In this document: positions 14,111 to 26,420 of the stretch, one piece after another | Layout: each line of letters begins with the position of its first letter | Numbering within the stretch: the stretch's first letter is position 1 | NCBI GenBank assembly: GCA_024679065.1 | Contig: JAGIQG010000009.1 | Location: 101,060,001 to 101,124,000, forward strand | Direction: 5' to 3' | Source of the DNA: Sphyrna mokarran | Taxonomy: Eukaryota | DNA: 64,000 nt | Position numbers and translations under genes: made by a program | Notes under the pieces: model-generated | Seen by the model: the letters and a program-made list of their open reading frames with translations, nothing else | Databases searched by the model: none | Told to the model about the DNA's origin: nothing

Positions 14111-15799
14111 GCTAAGCAATAAAGGAATTCACCCGACAACCACTTTGAAGCCTATCTGAGAATGAGATACCCTGCAAAGCACTACCTGACACTGGCTTTA
14201 AACAATGATTACTTCCGTTATCAACAGCGAGTACAGCAAACAACTGATATTGCTGAGGAAAAGATTTTTCCATTTCACAGAAGGGGTTGCTGCTACGAAG
14301 GGAGCAGTTTGCAACTTCCAGAAAATTAGGAACAATAAAAGCGAATTCGGGATGAATCTCAATCTAATTTCATGTCTTCCACTTTCCATCTAACGACTCT
14401 GATTTCTGTGAGGGAAATAAGTAAACCTTGTCCCCCACTTGCGATGACCATTTTAGTGTACTGTCCTTCGTACATGCTTAATGCATCTGCTGTAGGTAAA
14501 ACACGTTATTTGATCTTGCTAGATCAAGAGAACTCACCCCTCAATTGATCTTGCAATCTTTGCACCTCTGAAACAAAATTAAAAAAAAAACTATTGTGAT
14601 CTAAAGGATTTCATTTTTTTTGGTTCAGTATAACAATAAATCGGATAAAATATTATTTGGAACGTTGTATATATAGAGATATGGATATGTAATATATGTA
14701 AATTTAGGAATTATTTATAACATGATTATCCAGACCAGTCCACTCACTCGATTCCGCCAAAGCTCAATAGTGCATGCTTACATTCTCAGTAAACAATTAG
14801 GCGACTTTAGTATTCGCCGTCTAATTTGTGACAACATGGAACAACATGGAGAGAACACATCTGTTGCAAATGTGTGCAGGTAAGTGTTCTGCCCCCTTTG
14901 TCAATCTTCTAATTATGTCTGTTACCCAGTGGAAAAGCAGTGTAAAAATAAACCAATGGAACATAAACCATCAAATCATTCCGCCTATCCATAGTCTGTC
15001 AGTGAAACGCAACGTTAAAAAAGGCACGATCTATTACCTAATTTGCATATAAAATTACGTCATACGAAATGTTCAAGTATCCAAAAGCGCCCTGCCGTCC
15101 CACCTCATTATCCCGTCCCTTGCCACTGTGATGAATGAGCTGAAGCCGGAAAGGGAGGGGAGTGCTTGAAAATGATTAAACACTTACGGTCTCATCACTA
15201 AATACTGCTCATTTTAAAACTCAATGGTCACTCGTTGTCGCAACTATGTTCTTACCGCGATTTGCTCGCAGCAGTTTCGGATGTGCTTCAGTCGACTTGC
15301 AATAAACCAAGTGGGCGGAACGTGCCTGTTGACAATCGGCACTATAATTTATATGTTCCCTGCGGATAATGACGGGCTGGGCAATAACTTCTGAGATTCA
15401 TTCATAACTCAGGGAACAGAATCAGCAGGCGTACAAAAAAAAACGATGACTGTTATCTATTCTGCTAATTCTGCAGGACGCTACGTTCAAATGAAGTAAG
15501 CGTCAGATGACAGATGACAAGATAATCTTGATAAAAGATTATCAATCTTTTAATAAAGATTGATGAGCGTCGTTATATTTGTCAATCGATGCCATGCTTG
15601 GTAGGTTGATCGATTAGAGACGTGGGGAAGGGGAGTAGCTATTATAGGAATTTATGAGGCCGCGTTTAAGCGAAAAGCTGCCTAGTGACAAAATCGTCTT
15701 GGCTCTTAGGACGAAGCTTCAGTAGCTTCGGGACATGCCACACACGCCCTGCTTCCAAGCAGCTGTCACGTCTGGAGTTCTGCATGGAGGACGAGTCAG

Positions 15800-17320
15800 G
15801 CCGAGAACGTTCAGACGTGATCGGAGAGCGTTAGCTTGGACCCGATCGGGGGAAAAATAAAAAAAAGTCTGACCAGCATCCAGAATGCTGCTTTGATTGC
15901 TCCGGGAAGCTAATCCAGAGGCGGGCAGAGTTTGCGTGGCAGTCTAAAAGGGATTCAGCTACGCAATCATTCCAAGCTTCCCACACCAAAGCTGTCTCTA
16001 AATCTATGGGGGAATTCCGGCCAACGTCGCAGTTCACTGAAACGTTTATTTTTTGTTTATTTCACAGGACAGCAACGAATGCGCGGCACAATGTAATGCA
16101 TGCAGTGAGTAATCTTTAAATGGAAATTGTATGAGCTGCAAGATACAATCCTTCTAAGTAAAAATCTATTCTCTAACAAAGATACTGAATGTTATACGAA
16201 AAGCTGAAATTCAATTTCCCTTCTTTGTTCTTAAGTACCTCTTTCTTTATATTTCAGGTCGTCTTCTGTTGTCGTAAAACGAAGTACATTTTAAGGTTTG
16301 TGTCATGTGTGTTTGACAATAATTAAATAATAATTTGCTCAGTACGTTAGGTGAGCTGAAACATTCGATGTTTCACTGAAATGACATTGTTACCTAAAAT
16401 CGTATTATCTGAAATGCACTGCTTTGCTTGACCTTGCACCGAGACGTAACGAAGTTCATGATCATACGTCATATGTTTTTTTCAGTTTGTTATGGACAGT
16501 TTCTCAGAGTATAATTTCATCAAAGCAAACTATCTACACACTAGGTGAGAAAGGGAGTCCATCGTTTATAACATTACTGTTATTCGACAACCACGTCATT
16601 TTATCGTTTAATATTTAAATTAACGGTCTCACCACCTTAGCTTTTTAACAGTGTTCGACTAATCACGGTAAAGCAAAAAGTACTGGGGATGCTGAAATCT
16701 GAAGCAAAAAAAAACTTAAATGTTGGAAAATCTCAGCAGCTCAGGCATTATCTTTGGAGGGAGAGTAGAAATAAACTTGAGAGTCTTCATGACCCTTTGT
16801 CAGAGTCTGATTAAGCTGTCTACTCGTTAAAGCAGCAAATCGACTTAGGTGGGCCGTCAGACTTGATTGATTGCTGAGCAGGTCTGTATTGCAATTCACA
16901 GCAGGTATGTGTAAACCGTGTTATAGGTAGCATCGGAATACCACAGAATATTTATTTATTTGTGGGTGTCACCAACAGGCTTACATGAACACCGCAATGA
17001 TTTTGAGTTACTGTGAAACTTCTGGATTTGGTGAGTAGTGTTTCTTGAAGAATGGGGGATGTTTATTTTACAAGGAAGTCGGAAAAAAGGAAAGGGAGGC
17101 AACAAGAAATCAGGTTGGCAGGCAGCAAATAAATGAACAGTGATGGTAAATTTTATTTTTTACACGCACTTTGTTGTTTTTTTTTTAATTGATCGAGTAT
17201 CGTGTAATGTTTGCACTGTGTAAATTGACTGGTTAAATTATTTACATAACGACAATCAGTCATTGAAAAAAGAAGTATTTGCCAATTAAAAGACTGTTGA
17301 AATGATTGGGCAAGCGATTT
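15800..17320 (+). pseudogene. Paralogous unit C, 5' exons
   Basis: Exons with intact splice sites near 16068 (cag|...|gtgagt), 16258 (|gtttgt) and 16485 (|gtgaga), plus 16833-16904 (RWAVRLD*LLSRSVLQFTA G|gtatgt, phase-1 leader-type exon). Confidence 0.45.
16666..16806. mobile_element. Short Penelope-like terminal fragment, absent from the paralogous site near 7625; related piece at 60770-60910
   Basis: Insertion relative to unit B; the sequence resembles a common shark short repeat. Family assignment is tentative. Confidence 0.45.
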
Positions 17321-18689
17321 GGTGCGAGCTACTGAATACAGCAACAATCGACAGGTACTTCATGTACAGAAAATGTTCCCATTAGAATGGATTAGATCGA
17401 AATCAAAATTAGGAGAGAAAAAAAAAACTTTTTTTTCTGCAACGTATAATGCAGACATCATATGATGTTGAGAACGATCAGCAAATTTCATGAAGAGCCA
17501 TTCTGCTCTTGCTACATTCAGTTGCTACATTCTGCTTTCTCCCAAAGGATGGAAAATGGGGCATGGTGTGTTTTGTACGGCAACAAAAATCCTAACCAAA
17601 AAAAAAACGCACGATTTAGATATTCTCTACAAAAAAACAGGCACGTGTTCTCAAGCAGAATCACAAAATAATAACATAGAATGTCTTCAAAAAAGAACTT
17701 GTAAAGACATTCGTTGTTCTTTTTATCAAGGTTACCAAGACGAATTAAGTGATCCCAGTTGACGATGCTCGTGGATAAATGCAATGATGCCGTTATTTCG
17801 CAAGCTGATTGTACACCTCGAGTTTGCCTTTTGTTAACTAGCAACGTTTATATCGTCAGGTATACCCGCTACGAAACAGTGGTTCCTTCGTAGAACATAT
17901 TTGAGATGGGAAAGCAACAATCTCCAGCACTGATAAACCTGGGCGTCCAACAGCCATGCTTTCATAGCCTGGAAATAATAACGTCCTCCTTATATTGTCT
18001 TTCTGTGTGTTATGGAATCGTTGAAGACGTTAATATATCAAGAAGTCCAATGGTTTTCTCAAAGATAAATGCAAGGCATTATTAAATGCTTCTTGGAAGT
18101 CCAATTTTCCAACTTCCACTGAAATCCGTATTTAACTTGCACATGGTTCTTTATCCTTGTGGGTTGTTCTCGCTCTGCTGGCTGGAAAGCTGGTTAGTAA
18201 TGAAATTATTCATGATGGCCCTGCCCTCCAAAATCTGCTGGTGGGTAGAACTGTGATGATTCTCCGATTACAACACCATCATGCACAACCAATTGCCATC
18301 TATGATGAAGGTGGTGTTACCTTACTTCTGAAGGGGACGATAATAAATTCATCAAAATCGAGTTACATTCAACAATACTTTATCTTCTACTGTTTAAATT
18401 CTGAATGACTAAATCATTTCCAAATCGCATCTTACGCATAGATTCCATATTTTAATAGGCAGGACAATTGAGTGATGTTGGATCAACCATGATCCAACTG
18501 AATGTCGCAACATAATTAAGCGGCTGAACTGCCTACTCCAGTCTTTGTTTCTTATGGACCAGATCGGCTGTATTTAGTCGCCTCGAAGTCTTCAATAAAG
18601 CTGGTGACTCTCCAGCTTCAAATCCCCCAACAAAAATTGAAAAATCCAATGTATTTCAGCTATTACATCCCACAAAGTTGCCAATCATT

Positions 18690-19780
18690 TATATAAATGA
18701 TGCATGTCACAGATGTCTCTCAGTATCCATCGAATTAATTTTCCCAGTATCACATCCTCAGTCATGATGGCTGTTCAATTTATCTCTGCTCTTCCTTATG
18801 CGTTTCTAGTTTTTCAATGAATCAATCAATATTTTGTTTCATATTCTGTAAAGACAGGTGAAATTCCGGTCCAATTTTTCCAGGGTATCTGTTTTCATTC
18901 TCCAATATCAAACTACAAGTGATCAACATTGGCATTAGTTTCCTCTTTAACATGATTTATATAAAATTTGGGAGACTTCACTGTCCATTACGCAATGGCT
19001 TACAGTTGCATCGCAAACTACAATGTATTCCTCTCTATTTTATTTCATGCTGCTTCGCTTCTTCATAAAAAGTTCCTTATCTCCTTTCCTGATTAATTGC
19101 CTCAAAATGATACGTTTTGTTTTCAATTTCGTAACACACTTCATTAGTTAGGTAGACATAGATGGTGAATCCTTCACATCGTGACTTTCTTGCTGAATAT
19201 ATACTTTTGCTAAGAATTATAGAATATGTTCCCAAACTGCTGCCACGTCTTTTCTATTCCTTTGCATTTTATTATGTTTTCCCAGTATGATCAAGCCTTT
19301 TTTTTTTCTATCACTTGTTTGCCTTATTTCAATTAAAGTTTCCTGAAGATTATTGTGAGGTCACTCGCCATCATTTCCCCATTCCAAATTGTTAGGTAGG
19401 AGTTACATTTTTCCTCGATTAGTTCAAAAAGTAATGCTCTGGGAAAATTTCTTAATAGGTGTATGAACTGATGTGGCCGATTTGGGATTTTGAACTCGTG
19501 AAAAAAAACGGAATAGCTCAGAAGGCGCAGACGCAAATTAAAGGAGCAACACTTTTGAATAGAGATGAGGACGAATATCTTCAGCCGGAGGTTGTCGAAT
19601 CTAAGGAACTCATTGTCTGTCAATCAAGGCCAGATGATTGGCTTTAAACAAAAGATGGAAATAGATACGTTTTGAACTACAAAAGGGATTAATGGTCATG
19701 GGGAAAGGGCGAGAGAATGGCGATCAGGAAATTATCAGCCATCTGGAAGAGAAAACGGAATGGGCAGGATCTACCGTAGC
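18690..19780. mobile_element. Decayed CR1-like fragments (minus strand about 18690-19480, plus-strand 3' end about 19490-19780)
   Basis: CR1 3' tail pattern (gggattaatggtcatggggaaagggc...atcagccat). Confidence 0.5.
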
Positions 19781-21009
19781 GGGGCCACAAGGGACTGGCC
19801 TTTGTAGAGGTTACATCAGGCGGGACGGCCTAAGTAGGGAGGAGGAGGGCTTCTACGCAATTCACGGCTATGATAAAAGGCAAAACGAGGGGGTCTGCTA
19901 TCATTCTGCAAATGTTCGGGTGGGGGGTGCTACTCTGCAGGACAGCGGTAGGAAGGGATTCCCCCATTGCCATAGGATTGATGACAGTGGGAGTGGAGTC
20001 CGGTTGCCACTGTGCAGGAGATTTTTGAGGATTTGGCGGTGCGATTGGTCTGGGCCGCGGGAAAAGTGATACGGCTGGGATGATATTTTTCGGGAGGTAT
20101 GTGTCTCGCCATCGGCCAAAGACCCCTGCGAAAGCGATGGGGGGAGAAGGCGGCTACGTTGAGGTCGGCGTCTGCAGCAGAGGCCTGACAGATCTATATC
20201 TCGGTCACGTTTCTGCAGTTGCAAGTCTGTGCAGCCACACAGGTCTGCACAAGCGCAATATCTCCCTCTGCTTCTTTGTCAAACTGGCGGCGTGTAAAGC
20301 CCCGTCCACTTTTTCTGCTGGCTGTAATGATCTGGTCATTCTTTTCGTGCACTGAATGAATCTGATTAGAAGTAAAGGATTGCCCAAAGATGTGATCTGA
20401 AACTTTCCCATTTTCACGCCGACTGGACAATTAGATTTTTATTTCTCGTAAAATCTTTCCATCATCTGTGTTTATTTTTTAGTGAAAAACATCAAAGTGA
20501 CGAATCTCCCACAAACGAAACGAAAATAAATGTTCCCTGCGCAGCGAAAGGTTTTCAAATATGTGTTCAGGACTTAAACTATACACTCATAGCGTTGCGT
20601 TTTGGAATAAATTTTCATTGCCAAATGGCGAATGCGTTTTCTACACAGTGAAGCGTTCGTGTGTGTCCGTGATTCGGCTTGAACATTTTAATTTTAAAAT
20701 AAAGTTGTTATTGATAACACCAGAGCGGAATGTAAAATTGGAATTTACATTCAAGAAGATTTAAATAAATTGGCTTGGAAATGAAAACAAAACAATACTG
20801 GTTAATAACTCTTCATTAGTAATCTTGCTCAGGGAATGTTAATCCTACCGGTTTATTTAGATTACATCATCACAAGAACATGACATCACATCGAAAAAAA
20901 AAGAAACAACACATTTCTGAATCGCTTGCTAACGTGGTGGTTGCAGAGTAACCGTCACACGAACAAATGTCTTATCAAAAGAGACACTGTAACCGCAACA
21001 CTTCAACAT

Positions 21010-21665
21010 GCAATGCTGTTACAACACTGAATAATCCGCCGTCAATATCCTGGGCAGTGAGTTGACAAGAAAATCAATGGGACTTACCACATAAACACAA
21101 TGGCTGCAAGAGCTGCTAAGAGGCTTGGAATATTGTGGCGAGTAATTTACCTCATTCCACCGCAAAACTTCTCTGCCTTCTACAAAACAGCGACATGAAA
21201 ACAAAAACATGACCCACTTGCCTCGATGTGTGCAGCTCCAAAAGCAGTCATGATGTTTCTCACCATCCGGACAAAAAACAGCCCACTTGTTCGGCATCAC
21301 ATCTAGAGACGTTTACTCCGTCCAACACCGATGCTCAGTTGCAGCGGTGTGTACTATCTACAGGCAATTCACCAACGAACCTTTCAGAACAACTTCCGAA
21401 CCCGCAGTCACTTTTATCCATAAAGTCACGGTATGCAGGTTCATGGAAAAAAAGAGGACTTGCAATTTCCCCTCCAAGCCACTTTCCGTCCTAACTTGGA
21501 AATATATCATTCGCATATGTTCCTTCACGGTTATTGGGTCTTAATCGTGGAATTCATCCCTTAAAGATATTTAGAATCAATTCAAATCACGTGGGCTACA
21601 GCGAATCAAGATGGAATGAACAAAAAATGCTGGCCAGCTGGTGAGTCTATGTCTCATGAATTAAT
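21010..21665 (+). mobile_element. L2/CR1-group LINE 3' end
   Basis: Homologous to 43490-44085. Confidence 0.7.
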
Positions 21666-21837
21666 TATAAATATAACCGGGAGTATGCAAAGAACAAATC
21701 AAACATTCAAATAAAGCTAAGATGTTGACAACTATAACCGCAATTTCATTTCGGATGCCTCAAGAAACAGTAATGTCATTAATTTAATTCTTTGTCCACC
21801 AGCCAATCAGAAAGACATTTATGTGCTGTTACTTTTA

Positions 21838-21839
<2 letters not shown>

Positions 21840-21874
<35 letters not shown>
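21840..21874. repeat. (TG)n microsatellite
   Basis: Visible in the sequence. Confidence 0.95.
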
Positions 21875-21875
<1 letters not shown>

Positions 21876-24481
21876 GGGAAAATATTGCACTTATTCCTGG
21901 ATAGAACAATAAACTTGAAAATGCAACCTCGTTCTAAGTAATTGAAATACTGATTATTCTGGAATAACTGGATGTGGGATTCATCATGATAAAGATATTG
22001 GATCAATGCAATAAGTTGTTTCTTGAAAAAGAATGATCTACCTAAATTTGCAGCGAGAATCAAGCTCTGTGGAAAACTTGAACCCTATACAATGTGCAAC
22101 TGTGCAAAACTCAAATATTGCCATGATTATCGTTAAAATATATAAATAAACGAAAATATCTACAATTCCAAACGGAATGATCAAAATAGTCAAAATTCTG
22201 TGTTTTAGTACAGTGACTATTTTATCAAAAGATGTTCGGGATGTGGGGAGAGACAGAACTTTGTAATGTCATTTTTATGCAGGATATAAAACGTGTCCTT
22301 TTCGATATGTTGATAATAGCATTTTCTGGTAAAATACGTTTTTAACAGTAAAACTAGAATCTGGTAGTTGCCTAAAATATATATTGAATGTACAGGGTGC
22401 TCGCTTTCTATCTTGCTCTAACACAGCTCAAAACTCCTACTACCTGTAGATCTGCAGACACGTTTTGCCATTCTCTATACCCATCCCGTGAATCCATCAC
22501 AAGGTTAACTTCAGATTTTTTTTTGCTACTGATTTCAACATTTTGTGCTACATATGTCTTTCCAATATTCATTTGGCCATTAAAAATGGATGTACCTCTT
22601 CACTTGTCTGGTGCAATGTTTTGTTTTTCAGTTTGCACCTTAGCATGTTTGTACGGCCTCTATTTTCTCACAGGTAAGTTCTTTTATTTTCCAGGCTTCC
22701 AATGCACCTAATAAAATCTCTATGTTATACACTCGTAAGTGCTTCTTCAACCATTGTTTGCCCGAGGTTTTGTTCCATCAATCAGTTCTTTTCTGGCTTC
22801 AAAAAATGTCTTCCGCCTCAAACTATCTGCCCTCTGCGTTGAACATCACATCGGTTCACTCTTCTCTTTTGTCAAAACGGACTGAATTACGTACTTTTCC
22901 CCCCCATGATACAATATCTTTAAATATAGACCATTAGTTTCACCTAATATATTCATTCCGGATACGATTCTCGTTTCGAAGTTTTTTTTTCCATCTTGTA
23001 GATTTCAATTGAAGTGCATTTTCATGCCCCCTGCTATATTGGAGAGTAGTGTCCTGAAACGCTGCGTGACTTTGTTTGTACAGATCTTTTTGAATAAAAT
23101 AGTGATGCATTCCTGATATAAAACATCGGCATGAGTGATATTGCTCTTTGTGACTAAATATAAATTCTGAATAAAGACCGATGTTTAATTGTTTTCTTCA
23201 TTGTCATCTATTGGAACTCTAACAATACATTTTAAAATACAAACTCTAAATCTGGAACAAAGGTATGTGCTTGACGTCCGCAGAAATGGATACTGAATAT
23301 GTCTGATTTCATCAGAAAAGTTATGTCCTCTACCTGCCACGCCCTGTCTTCTGGTTCTCATTATCTTCGTTAATACTTTTTTTTTGGTTTTTGCTTGCAG
23401 GAACACTCGTTATTTTAAAAATCGTATGCAAGTGCACATTTTTTTCTTGTACAAATTATTGACTTACCAGCTTTTTGCAGGGCTTTTTTCAAGTTTTCTA
23501 ACTCTAAAACAAGCAATTACATGAATCCTGTTAGTAACTAATATTTGGCTTTAATCAGACATATCCCAGTGCCATGACTAATTCTGAATAGATCATTGCT
23601 CCTGCAGAGCTTTTAGGCAGAATTGAAATATATGTTGTGTATAGAAAAGGTTTGACATCTTGAGATAGTGTAAGTGAAAACTAATTATTTATCAAAAGAA
23701 ATGACATCCACAATACTTGATAATTGCCCTATATCTTCTAGATTCAGTACACAACATGATAAAAAAGGGAGTATTCACGAACAGATTATATATAATTTGC
23801 TCCTATACATCAAGACTTAAAAACAATTTCTAATTAGACGCTATCATATTGCCCTGGTTAATTCATTTAAAATAAATTTTCATTTATGACTTAACATGGG
23901 TAGTCTATAGAAATTATGTTTCTCGGCTAATGCGATTAATGTATTTTGTTGTATCCCATTCGTCATGGTTGCTAAAATGTTCATTTTGTGAAAAATGTGG
24001 GTTGACATATTTTGGAATGTATGCTCCTTAAGCAATTAACTAGGCGAAGTTAAGACGTGTTCTTTTTTATGTGTTTACTATAACAGATCATAAGAACTGT
24101 CCAATTATTCAAATTTCGATAAATTACATTACCGGCTGTTTTCGTTGAATTCGCGAAAAGGCACAGAAATGCAAAACAAAATACACATATACAAACGATT
24201 AATATGATTACGATGGTTTTACATTCTACTACAAATAATGTAAAATAACATTAGGAATAGTCAATAGCAAATTAAAAAAAAACTTGTTGTTTGACTAACT
24301 TGTTGTTGCGTCAACTTCATGAAATATTATTGATTTTTTTTTTTGTGAAATTCGTCTGCACTACAATCAGGAGTGAAATCCTGTCGCAGGACTGAAGTCA
24401 GGGTTTTTCATTACAATTGATACGCCGTCGAACCGATTCTTTCGTGCATATAATTGACAATAAACGACATTTTTAAAACGT

Positions 24482-24600
24482 TTACGATGAAATCAGGATG
24501 TGCTTCAACAACATGTCTTCATTAGGATATGTCTTTCTATGTTTCTTCCACAAGTCCAATTAACTACCGACTGCTATTAAAGAACGGGCTTTGCAAGTCA
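24482..24600 (-). pseudogene. RBL-like copy 1: probable terminal coding exon
   Basis: DLWKKHRKTYPNEDMLLKHILISS* resembles the p107 C-terminus KRVCQENDDVLLKRLQ. Confidence 0.5.
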
Positions 24601-25104
24601 ACTTTCCAAAGTTAGCCTGCGTCACATCGCCCCAAAATGTATGTGGCTTCCAATGCACCGTTGGTTTTAACATTCAATGTCACTCAGAAATGCCTTACAA
24701 TGTAATTATTATAGGGGACTCATATGTTGTAGCCACGTAGTCATTAATATATAAATATGATTCAAAACGTAGAAAATGCCGATTAATATATTTTTCTCCT
24801 GAGACTTAGAGCAACCGGCAACTAAGTGGGACGTTTTCATCCAGCGAATTTATAAACAAACACTTGGAATGAATATACGGAATGAAGAATGTGGTGTTAG
24901 TCATGAGATAATGCCATTAGTATTAACAGCCCATAGAATTCTGGTGTGTAACTGTATTACAAAAGAAGTTTAAAAACGTTGATCAAATTTGAATTTTTTT
25001 AACAAAAAAAGGGCAACACAGAGACATTTTTTTTTAAATGTTTATTTATTAGTGTCACAATAAGGCTTACATTAACACTGCAGTTAGATTACTGTGAAAC
25101 TAAC

Positions 25105-26420
25105 AAATTTGATTGTTTTGTGTTGAGGAGGTGACCACATATATAGACGAGGGTAATGCAGTTGATGTAGTGTATATGGATTGCAGCACAGCCTTTGACT
25201 AGATCTCACGTGGGGAATTTGTACATGTATATGCAATACAGGAAACGTGATAGAAAATTGTTCAATTGTAGGAAACAGACGTCAGAAACGGAAGGTAGGT
25301 ATCTAACGGTGTACCACACTAGCTATGTTCTGTCCCATATTACTTTATTATTCATCTGTATTATAAATGGCATTATTGACTCTTTCTGCGTGTGTGTGGG
25401 TGTGGGTGTGTGGGTGTGGGTGTGTGTCTGCATGTGCGTGTGCGTGCGTGCTCTCGTCGGATGGGGGGTGGGGTGGGCGGACGGTTGGAGAGTTGTGGGG
25501 GCGGGGGGAGGTGGTAGTAATAATACGTTTGCAGCGGCACAATATTTGGCTTGTTGGCTCTCAGGGAGACGGAGCGTGTTTAAGTAAAATATGATACAGA
25601 CCGAATGCTGAAACATGCAGGCAGTAGGCTGTTGGAATTTAATACTGAAACGTGTGAGATAATACACGTTGGTTCGGGAAATTTGACAAACATTTATTCA
25701 GTAAATGGCAGAATTTTCGAATTATATTTGGAATAAAATGCCTATGAGGGCGGCATTTTAGTTGGTTGATTAAAATTGCATTTGGGACACTTGTCTCGTC
25801 AATGGAGTCATAGATTACAAGCGCAGGTAGGATAGCTTGGAGCTGTACAGAACTTTGTTGAGGCCACAGCTAGAGTAGTGTGTGCATTTCTAATCACCAC
25901 AAATTATGGGGGAATGTGATTGGTGTTAAGGGGGTGCAAAGGTGATTCACGAGGATGCTACCGGTGATGGGACATTTAAGTCATCAGGAGAGGTTGGTTA
26001 GGCTTTGTTTGTTGGAGCAGGAATCGCTTAAGGCGACCTGATTGAGGTATATCAGATTATGGGGGCAGCGGACGGAGTAATTTAGGAACAGATGTTTCCT
26101 TAGTTGAATGATCAGCTACAAACGCTCAACATCAGGGGCATGAGATTCAGGATGGACGTGAGGATAAACGTTTTTGCCCAGTAAGCGATGATGCCCTGGA
26201 GTGTGTTGGCTAGAAGTGTTACGGAAGCGGGTTGCTTCATGTTTACTTTAAAAAGCACTGGAATGAGAACCTGACACGTCATAAGGCTATGGGCCAAGTT
26301 CTTGTAAATTGGATAAATGGAAAGTTCAGGAGTTTCTCGCATATCGATACAGGCTCGGTGATTGGAAAATGTTCTTCTGCACCGAACGATTATTTAACTC
26401 TAAGATTCTATGACTGCCTA
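25105..26420 (+). mobile_element. CR1-like LINE 3' part with a GT-rich insert
   Basis: VDVVYMD..AF, LLRPQLE*CV and CR1 3' tail. Confidence 0.8.

Larger units (their letters stand above)
6780..14400 (+). pseudogene. Multi-exon pseudogene, probable Ig-superfamily receptor (unit B)
   Basis: Exon 1 donor CAG|GTAAC at 6872; short exons near 7030, 7222 and 7441; signal-peptide-like exon 7645-7716 (LWPL*PGLLLCSFVLNSVA, donor degenerate); Ig-V-like block about 8470-8850 (AEIY*KINNL...FFC; SVILNIV). Confidence 0.45.
1..17320 (+). repeat. Diverged tandem segmental duplication (about 2.3 units, period about 7.7 kb then 9.2 kb)
   Basis: Homologous blocks: 1-350 / 7722-8070 / 16910-17320; 3095-3620 / 8470-9060; 4200-4470 / 9690-9965; 5090-5500 / 14190-14610; 5800-6460 / 14700-15250; 6570-7760 / 15610-16940. 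Confidence 0.9.

Noticed and set aside
25195-25667. ORFs rich in CV/TH repeats (also 2370-2603, 21779-22063, 46576-46881)
   Set aside because: They are translations of microsatellites within or near TE sequence.
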